DNA of 64,000 nucleotides from Camelus ferus (taxonomy: Eukaryota): contig NC_045696.1 of NCBI RefSeq assembly GCF_009834535.1, positions 71,674,001-71,738,000 on the forward strand, read 5' to 3'. The translations under genes were made by a program, and so were the position numbers. The number at the start of each line of letters is the position of its first letter. Position 1 is the stretch's first letter. The notes below the pieces were generated by a model. It was not told where the DNA came from and did no database searches. It saw nothing but the letters and a program-made list of their open reading frames with translations. This document shows positions 25,191 to 33,084 of this stretch, in pieces.

Positions 25191-25340
25191 AGATATGATT
25201 GTACCAAATCTTAGAACAAAACACCTTGGAGTTACCTGTGGTTGTTCTACCATCTGTACAGTTGTGTTTCTCTTTGTTTACTCTGCCAGCTTTATTACAA
25301 GGACTAAGACACTGCAGATACTAGTTTCTGCTATTTTAGC
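25191..25340 (-). ncRNA. H/ACA snoRNA, SNORA81-like (EIF4A2 intron 7 equivalent)
   Basis: GCAGAAACTAG...GTGTCTTAGTCCTTGTAATAAAGCTGGC-AGAGTA (H box)...TTTGTTCTAAGATTTGGTACAATCATATCT. Both ends match recalled human SNORA81, but the 3' hairpin looks shortened. Confidence 0.8.
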
Positions 25341-25413
25341 ACAGAGCTTAAAAAAGAAGGTAAAAGCAAATTCTAGCTGTAATTTTTATGTATATCAATT
25401 AGAAAAACATTAC

Positions 25414-25549
25414 CCTCTTTCAAAATTATTATAAGATATTGACTCTTTCAAGGGTCAGTTCTTCTTTATCAGAATTTGAAACGGGTCTCTCAGGAACTTT
25501 TTGAAGACTTCAACATATCAATTGGCATAAAGGCAGAAAGCAACACAAC
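25414..25549 (-). pseudogene. EIF4A2-like exon 7 remnant
   Basis: ttttaag|GTTGTGTTGCTTTCTGCC...GAAAGAGG|gtaatg. Reads [11 protein letters not shown] / VEVFKKFLRDPFQILIKK / ELTLERV (cf. [38 protein letters not shown]). Confidence 0.95.
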
Positions 25550-25626
25550 CTTAAAAAAGAGACAACGACTAGTTATGTTGCACATCAGTTAAACAGTTAT
25601 AACAATTTTCATAATAATACTGAGAG

Positions 25627-25761
25627 AAATGTTTGAGACCAAGCGTCCCTGTCTTACTACAGAATTGAGTTAGACAGAGATTGTAGGAAACAATTGCTTT
25701 TGGCAGGGGAAAGGACAATATAGCACTTTACAGCTATATTGAACAATTAACCCAACCTGCC
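25627..25761 (-). ncRNA. H/ACA snoRNA, SNORA63 family (position equivalent to SNORA63B in EIF4A2 intron 6)
   Basis: GGCAGG...CAATATAGCTGTAAAGTGCTATATTG...CCTGCC hairpin, H box AAAGCA, and second hairpin ending CAGGGACGCTTGGTCTCAA-ACA-TTT. Matches the recalled SNORA63 sequence; about 135 nt. Confidence 0.88.
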
Positions 25762-25786
25762 AGCTACAGTAAAATCATGCGCACAG

Positions 25787-25897
25787 CTGAATCCTTGTAT
25801 TTGATTTCTGGTAAATCCCATGGATTTGATCTTTAATCCCTTGGCTCAAGATCTGTATTGGCTTCATCCAAAATAAGCCTCCTGATTCATTTTGGAA
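25787..25897 (-). pseudogene. EIF4A2-like exon 6 remnant (DEAD motif exon), both splice sites lost
   Basis: Reads PK*IRRLILDEAN / ILSQGIKDQIHGIYQKSNTRIQ (cf. [36 protein letters not shown]). Preceded by ttttcata with no AG and followed by CAG|ctgtgc. Confidence 0.92.
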
Positions 25898-25904
25898 TAT
25901 GAAA

Positions 25905-26495
25905 AAAATTCTTAAGGTGAGTTGGGCATAGAGACTTCCTTCCAAAGACTACAGTACAGAAGAAGAGGCAGAAGAGTGACATTATGCGGAGAAACCTGAC
26001 AAACTCTAACTCAGCCAGGCGATCAAGGTCAACAACAGTAATAAGCCTTGATAGAATGAGATGAAAATGGTTCCTTACCTATGTGGTCTTCCTCCCTCAA
26101 ACCCAGAACTACAGTCTAATCTTGAGAAAAACATCAGACAAATTCCAATACTAAAGGCATCCTACTAAATATCTGACCAACAATTCTCAAAATGGTCAAA
26201 GTCATTGAAAACAAGGAAAACTTCATTAACTGGTACAGTCAAGAGGAGCTTAAGGAGACATGAGAATTAAATGTCTCTGTGGTATCCTAGGTGGGGACCT
26301 GGAACAGAAAAAGGACATAGGGAAATCTAAGTAAATTCTGGACTTTAGTTCATAATAACATACCGATGTTGGTTCATTAATTTTAACAAATGTAGCATAC
26401 TAATGGAAGATGTTAATAATACAGGAAACTGGGAATTCTCTTCTCAATTTTTCTGTAAACCTAAAACTGTTCTAAAAAATAAAGCCTATTGAAGA
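25905..26495 (+). mobile_element. Ancient L1M (L1MC-like) 3' end in the intron 5 equivalent
   Basis: gagaaacctgacaaac...gatcaaggtcaaca...aaacatcagacaaattccaa...ggaacagaaaaaggacat...ttctgtaaacctaaaactgttctaaaaaataaa. Confidence 0.75.
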
Positions 26496-26626
26496 AAAAT
26501 CTTAGTATCACCTCTAGATATTCCTGCATGGCAACTGGCTTAAACAATTAGGCTAATTATTTTCCCTCCCATACCCCAAATATCCCTGGTTAAAAAATGC
26601 CCTAGGAAACATATGGCAATACTTAC

Positions 26627-26800
26627 AAAGGTATCTTCTATTTAACATATCAAATGTTCTTCCTGGAGTACCAGTGACATGATGTGCCGTATCCGTGAGT
26701 CTGCAGTTTTTGCATTTCATTTTGAACACTGGTTCAACACAATGAAGGCATGACAAGTTACTCCCAGGTAGTATTCAAGTGCCAGAACTACCTTTTGGAT
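26627..26800 (-). pseudogene. EIF4A2-like exon 5 remnant
   Basis: ttttag|ATCCAAAAGGTAGTTCTGGCACTT...AGAAGATACCTTT|gtaagt. Reads IQKVVLALEYYLGVTCHAFI / VQNEMQKLQ / [18 protein letters not shown] across frameshifts. Both splice sites are canonical. Confidence 0.95.
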
Positions 26801-27289
26801 CTAAAAGTCAAAAGCTCTAATTATTTACGCTGTACAAATAAAGGCTCCACCAAATGACTTTTGAAGCACATGGCTAAATGCTAAACTATTTACATTTAGT
26901 TTAAGACTCTGGTCTGCAAACAGCTTTTATGCAGCACAACACAGAATCACTTCCAAGTTTACCATGTAGACAAACTGCTTCAAGATAATATCCCTTTAAG
27001 CATCTCATTTTAAATTAGATTTTTGGGCTTTTTCAAACTTGGGATCCTCAGCTTCCTAGAGATACCAGCTAGATAGTTAAGGAACCAAAACAGACATTTC
27101 CAACATTATTCTTCTATGTGTAAGACGTGTAAGTAGTGAAATAAGCTCTACAGCTCCAAGGCAAATTGCTCTGATATGTCTTCACTTTCACTTTAAAAAT
27201 TCACTTATCATTCACTTTAAATATCTTTCCAATAGGATACTTAGACAGCCTTGATCTTAATAAAGCTTACAACTTTATTAAGAAAAGCT

Positions 27290-27456
27290 TTATTTCATAG
27301 GTAACATAGCAGTAAGGTTTCAAAACAGATAGCAGACAACAGATGTATCACAAGTGACAAAAATTCCCAACTATTACAGATCATTTCTGTTTTCCTGTTG
27401 TAAATCCGCATTTGAACTTAACAACAATAACACAAAGGACATGGATCCTGTGTACC
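27290..27456 (-). pseudogene. Highly degenerate remnant of EIF4A2 exon 4 (3' boundary unclear; may be an alternative terminal exon)
   Basis: Strong acceptor ctttctttcag|GGTAC (EIF4A2 exon 4 begins GGTAT). Weak similarity to the GYDVIAQAQSGTGKT coding sequence. AATAAA on the minus strand at about 27289-27294. Confidence 0.35.
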
Positions 27457-27914
27457 CTGAAAGAAAGCAAGCTTCTGTTTCTCAGTCTGTTGAGTATAGC
27501 TCTGCAAACTTATCGTTTTCTAATATAGTATGCAGTTTGGCTTTACACTGTCTTATTTCACACCTCCAGTAAGTTCTGTCACCATATTTTCTATCAAGTC
27601 AATGTACATAGTTGTAATCACCCACTATTTTAAAACTATGTCTACTCGTCCCTGTGTAGATCATTAGAAGGGCTAAGATGTATATAATATAAAAATAGGA
27701 GTACTGTGTCAATGGACACATGAAACCAAACTGTCAACCAGTTATTTTATCATTTTTTGGTAAAAATGTCTACAGCAAAGATGACTATGGTGAAAATACC
27801 AGATATACACCACTGATGTTTGAACCTTGTGAATATACTGACAACCACTAAATTGTAAATTTTAGGGTAACTTCTATGGTATGTGAATTATATCTCAATA
27901 AAAAACTTTTTTCT

Positions 27915-30300
27915 TTTTAAAAGAGAAGAGAGAAATAGGAAAGCTGCTTAGGAGGTTAAAGCATTTGACTAGATGATGGTGTTTTTGACTTAAGGGTGTG
28001 GTGGTATTGGGCAGAAAGAATTAACTAGAGTAAAACACATGTAGACAATAGAATTAATAGCATTTGGTGATTACTTAGATGTGGGTGGAACAAGATAGGG
28101 GAGGGAGGAGAGATGTTCAAGGATCCCCAAATTTCTGACATTAACTTAATGAGCAATAATGTTATAATCTACTTAGCTTTGACAGTCTGCAGGAAAAGCA
28201 GGATTAGCACAGGATTGTGAATTCAATTTCAAATATACCAAGCTTGGGGTATCTGGAGCACACCAAGTGAAGACGTTGAGTAGGCAGTTGAACACACATG
28301 TATGATATTCAGAAGAAAACCTGAGTTAGAGAAATTTGGGGGTTTTCAACAAAGCTTTTGGAATATATGAGATCCAGAAGATCTCACTTCCAACACAGAG
28401 TGTTGGGGAATTCCAACATCTAAGGATCTGGTAATCCAATAAGAGACCGAGAAACAGAGGAGGGAAAAGCAAAAGAAAAACTAGACTTATTTATAAGGGA
28501 AGAGACAAGAGAAGAATTTATTTCTAAAAGGAAGAACTGACTTATAGACGGGGTTGGCATCCTTTTTCTGTAAAGGGCCAGGTAGCAAATATTTTAGCTC
28601 ATGGGCCATATAAAAACATGCTGAAGCTGAATTTGGTCCACATGCTATAGTTTGCCCGAACACTGGTTGAGAGAGTTAAATATTGCTAAGAAGTCAAAGT
28701 GCATTGGATTTAGGGACAAGGAAATTATTGGTGACCTTAGAAACAGTTTCAGTAGAGGGGTGAGGACAGAAGCATAAGAGGAGTGGGTTGACACTAATTA
28801 TCAGAGAAATGCAAATCAAAACTACAATGAGGTATCACCTCACACCAGTCAGAATGGCTGTCATTCAAAAATCCACAAATGACAAATGCTGGAGAGGCTG
28901 TGGAGAAAGGGGAACCCTCCTACACTGCTGGTGGGAATGCAGTTTGGTGCAGCCACTATGGAAAACAGTGTGGAGATTCCTCAAAAGACTAGAAATAGAC
29001 TTACCTTATGACCCAGGAATCCCACTCCTGGGCTTGTATCCAGAAGGAAATCTACTTCAGGATGACACCTGCACCCCACTGTTCATAGCAGCACTATTTA
29101 CAATAGCCAAAACATGGAAACAGCCTAAATGTCCATCAACAGGTGACTGGATAAAGAAGATGTGGTATATTTATACAATGGAATACTACTCAGCCATAAA
29201 AACCGACAACATAATGCCATTTGCAGCAACATGGATGCTCCTGGAGAATGTCATTCTAAGTGAAGAAAGCCAGAAAGAGAAAGAAAAATACCATATGAGA
29301 TCGCTCATATGTGGAATCTAAAAAACAAAAACAAAAACAAACAAAAACAAAGCGTAAATAAAGGACAGAAATAGACTCACAGACAGAGAATACAGACTTG
29401 TGGTTACCAGGGGGGTGGAGGGTGGGAAGGGATAGACTGGGATTTCAGAATTGTAGAATAGACTACACTGTATAGCACAGGGAAACATACACAAAATGTT
29501 ATGATAACTCACAGAGAAAAAAATGTGACAATGAGTGTGTATATGTCCATGAATAACTGAAAAATTGTGAACACTGGAATTTGACACAACATTGTAAAAT
29601 GATTATAAATCAATAAAAAATGTTAAAAAAAAAAAAAGAAGAGTGGGTTGAGAAGGGAGTGAGAAGTAAAGAAACAGAAACATCAGGGCTGATAATTCTT
29701 AAAATTTGATTATAAATGGGAGAAGAAAGATAGAGGCTTAGGTGGGAAGAAGAATGGGACCTACAATTGTTTCCTGAAGAAGAAAGAGACTACAGAATAC
29801 TTATAAGCTGGTGGCAAGGATCTGGTTAAGAGGGTGTGATTAACCATTTAGATGACAGAAGGGCTGACAGTAGAGACACTGAGATGGTCAGAGGGGAAGG
29901 ATGGCACAGGCGATGGAGACTAGGTAGGTGGAAGTTGGATGGATACAGATGAAGGTGGGTGGGCAGATTTGCTGGCAGGAAGCTCAGAAGCTCAGGTATT
30001 CTATTTTCTCAGTAACATTGAGATCATTTGCTGAGAATGGCTTATAAGGGATGGCAGAGGCTTGAAAAAAGTGAGGAGGATTCGAAATAGCAGTTGCACA
30101 GAAAAGCAGAAAGAGGTGGCTAGAGAAACAATGGGCCTGCTGTGCAGTGCTGAAAGCCCAGGTGAAGTTGACTACCAGGAATTACATTAGTACCAAGTCT
30201 TTCCAGTGTGCAAGTTTCTCCAGCTCTCTGGGAGGCCTGGGGCAGGCACAAAGAATACAAATAGTTAGATACATCCATGGCTGACGTCTTCTCTGGTGGA
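27915..30300 (+). mobile_element. Old L2-like LINE fragments, interrupted by a MER58-like piece (about 28548-28665) and the young L1
   Basis: Purine-rich diverged L2-type motifs (ttgagtaggcagttg, gaaattattggtgacctt, gagtgggttgagaag). Boundaries approximate. Confidence 0.55.
28792..29635 (+). mobile_element. Young 5'-truncated L1 (ORF2 C-terminus, 3' UTR, polyA) with TSD
   Basis: Uninterrupted ORF 28788-29321 ([21 protein letters not shown]...[19 protein letters not shown]..., L1 ORF2 cysteine-rich C-terminus), then AATAAA and a pure A tail. 16-bp TSD AAGA(G/A)GAGTGGGTTGA at 28776-28791 and 29636-29651. Confidence 0.95.
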
Positions 30301-31004
30301 TAGTAGCTAGTAATAATTGGTAGCATTTATAAACCCTGGGGATTAGGGAGTAGGTTTTTATTAGTTATGATTTTAGAGATAAACAAAAGCTCAGATATGT
30401 TAAGTATGTATTTATGATCACTTGGGTAAAAGTCAGTAGTTGCTAAAGACTAGATCTTTAATTTCATAATTCCACATACCTTTCTAGGTGGTGGAAAGAT
30501 TTTGTAGTTTTTTGGAGAAAAACTGGGAAAAGTTCCCAAGAGGAATTTTAGTGAATAGTTTGTAAGTAACTACATTAACACTATGAACACTAAGGAAGTA
30601 AAACAATATACAAAAAAATGTAAAACTGCTAAAAAGCTTGACATTCTAAGTCTATCTCACCATAAACAGCCACTGACCATAAACCTATTTTCTGGCTTTA
30701 CCCCCCTCACTCTGTAGTCATTTTCTCTCCCCTGGTGCTTGGTAATGTTTCTTCCTGTTTATAACACAATGAAAATGAAAATCATATAAAATTATACATG
30801 GGGAGCAAATACTGATATATAAATATTTTATTATATTATCCTGGCTTACAGATATTTGATTTGGTAAAATTGGTATGTTATGGTCTAAAATATCTGCTCT
30901 ATTATTGAACAGTATGTTTCTTTTTGCTGAAATTCACTATATTCATAATATTCTTAAATACCTGGCTTTTTTCATCTTAAAACTAAAATTAAAATATTTA
31001 ATTT

Positions 31005-31167
31005 AAACAAGTTTATACTGTATAGCACAGGGAAATATATTCAGTATCTTGTAGCTCACAGTGAAAAAGAATATGAATATATGTATATTCATGTATGAGT
31101 GAAGAATTGTGCTGTACACCAGAAATTGACACAACATTGTAAACTGACTATACCTCAATAAAAAAAT
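31005..31167 (+). mobile_element. Artiodactyl-type L1 3' end fragment
   Basis: actgtatagcacagggaaatatattca...tgtacaccagaaattgacacaacattgtaaactgactatacctcaataaaaaaa. Confidence 0.8.
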
Positions 31168-31594
31168 TAATTATCTAATGATTTATGCCAAAAATTCACA
31201 TTTACTAAAAGTCAAAATATAATGGCTAATCATGGCTAAAATTAATCAATTTCAATGTCCCAGGCGCTTGACAAGAATTTAACAAAACAATCTTATTAAG
31301 TGGATACAACCATTATCAATTCTGTTTTAAAAAAGAGGAAATGGAGTCCTAGAGAGATGATGTAACTTGCCTGCTGCCATCAAAGTGGTAAAGCTAGGCT
31401 TTGAACCTGGATGTCTCATTTCAGAATACCCTATACTGCTTTAATCCTTAACTTCACTGTCATGTATGGATCTCTTGCATGAATATAACTTTTTCCACTG
31501 ACAATAGAGTCAAATGATATGCCATTGTGATTTAATATATAAAATATACTTTCATCATCATATAGTGAATCATTTTTCCTTGAGAATTTAATAC

Positions 31595-31666
31595 CATTAT
31601 TTCTTCCCCAAAATAGAAGGTAAATGCCACAGCGAGGAACCCGAAAATAAACAACTCTCCAGCCCC
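31595..31666 (-). pseudogene. Degenerate remnant of EIF4A2 exon 3
   Basis: tttcaag|GGGGCTGGAGAGTTGTT...CTCGCTGTGGCATTTAC...GGGAAGAAATAATG|gtatta. One frame reads RCGIY (cf. LLRGIYAYGFEK). Flanked by AG and GT. Confidence 0.5.
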
Positions 31667-31930
31667 CTTGAAAGATAAATTTGCTTTTGTTAACTAGATT
31701 CATTTCAACAATTAAGAAGTGCTCCGTAGCAGTCTTTCTTTGAACTGCACCCCTGAGGAGGGACAGCAGAACTGAAATGGGCTGTCCTGGCCCCATTACT
31801 TACTAGTTGCTTAAATTTGGGCAAGACACTATGGGTTTCATCAGAACACGGATCACAACACTACCCAAACGGGGAGTCCTACGAAAGGACTCTGTAAATG
31901 ATTAGGAAGTGTACAAATGTTACTCTTGCT

Positions 31931-32103
31931 TAGGGTTGCCAGATAAAAAACGGGACGCCCAGTTAAATTTCAGACAAATAATGCTTATATTTTAATTTTA
32001 CTTGATATCGGAGACATATTTATACTAAAAAAATTATGTGTCGTTCATCTGAGTTTAAATTTAACTAGCGTCCTGTATTTTTATTGCTAAATCTGGCAAC
32101 CGT
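31931..32103. mobile_element. MER53-like palindromic hAT MITE
   Basis: Terminal inverted repeats TAGGGTTGCCAGAT...ATCTGGCAACCGTA plus an internal palindrome. Confidence 0.85.
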
Positions 32104-32249
32104 ATTCTCGCCCCCATAGCTTGGGGAGAGTGGAGGACGGCAGGCCGTAACTCCATTTCCCCCACCCTCAGCGCCTAAGTGGAGAAACGAAGGCAAAGGG
32201 CGAGTGAACCTAGGGAGGGGGAAGAAGGGTAAGGGCTGGATGTAGGACT

Positions 32250-32830
32250 CCCTCTCGGGGTGGGACTGAAAGCAGAATCCCCTGACAGCAGATTCTACCG
32301 AGCCTCTGGTATTTCCGGACCAGGCACACCACTCAGGCAGGGCAAACAGCCCCCCGCCCCCACCCCAGGGCAAGAACGCAACGGCCCCTCCACCCACCGT
32401 TGCCTTGGCGGCAGCAGCATCCGAATCCGGACACGCTGCCACTCCGTCGCCACCAGCAGCACCGACACCACCGAGACCGCAGCCATGTCCCTGGAGCCTG
32501 AACGCTTGTTGATGTGCGGCTACACTTCAGATGTCACCCAAACAGTCCCTCCATTGCGTGTAGCAGTCTCTTGTCCTCCTCTGGCCACCGTCTAGTCCCG
32601 GGAAATGGGCCAATCCGAGCGAGACATTCGGGAGGGGGCTTCACAGCTAAAACCAATCAAATAACAGAGGAGGTCTGCAGTGATGGCAGTTGGCCAATTG
32701 GGCTGTGTGCCAGCGGGGGCGTGATCCCTGCTTCCCCCCTCCCTTCGGGTTCGGATCCAACTGGGTAGGGGCGTGGTTTCCTCAGTCTCCTTAGGTCCCC
32801 TGGGTGCCGGATAGATGTTTCCTCTTGTGG
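32250..32830 (-). promoter_or_regulatory. CpG-island promoter of the EIF4A2-derived host gene
   Basis: High CpG density in an otherwise AT-rich region. CCAAT at 32610, 32653 and 32694 (plus overlapping ATTGG at 32697) and GC box GGGGCGTGG at about 32768. Confidence 0.75.
32398..32560 (-). ncRNA. Putative first exon of the snoRNA host transcript
   Basis: CpG-rich stretch just downstream of the CCAAT cluster, ending at donor ACG|gtgggt (intron starts 32397). Contains a strong-Kozak ATG at 32486 (gacATGG). The TSS is only estimated. Confidence 0.6.
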
Positions 32831-33084
32831 TCTGTGGGGTTCTTTTCCTCTCGTGTGCTCCAAGGCGAAGAGCCTTCCACCAGCTTTAATCTTTAGAGTT
32901 TTCTTAGGGGAAGAAGAAAGGAGAGCTGTCCTAAGATATAAAGGGGTGTGGGGTAAGAAGAATACAACATTTTATAATGCTTTTCAACAATTGAAAAACA
33001 TGTATTTAAAGAAATGCTCTCCTTAGTTATCTCAAAAGTGAAATTATAGAATTTTAAAATAGACTTTTCTATAATGCTGTTTTT

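Larger units (their letters stand above)
22095..32560 (-). pseudogene. Unprocessed (intron-containing) EIF4A2 duplicate pseudogene, probably transcribed as a non-coding snoRNA host gene (likely LINC00888/SNHG33 orthologue)
   Basis: Minus-strand exon remnants translate to eIF4A motifs in the correct order (IQKVVLAL..., [67 protein letters not shown]), with introns at EIF4A2 positions. An EIF4A2-like 3' UTR and intronic snoRNAs are present, with multiple stops and frameshifts. It lies divergent from MCF2L2, as human LINC00888 does (recalled synteny). The 5' end is approximate. Confidence 0.93.

Noticed and set aside
22717..26800. A functional eIF4A paralog (third eIF4A1/2-like protein)
   Set aside because: Stops in the exon 6, 9 and 10 remnants, frameshifts or deletions in exons 5-9 and the last exon, and DEAD changed to DEAN. 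No continuous reading frame can be built.
22095..26800. Processed (retrotransposed) EIF4A2 pseudogene
   Set aside because: Introns, intronic snoRNAs and the intronic poison exon are all present at ancestral positions.
28788..29321. 177-aa ORF as a host protein-coding gene
   Set aside because: It is the C-terminus of L1 ORF2 within a TSD-flanked insertion.
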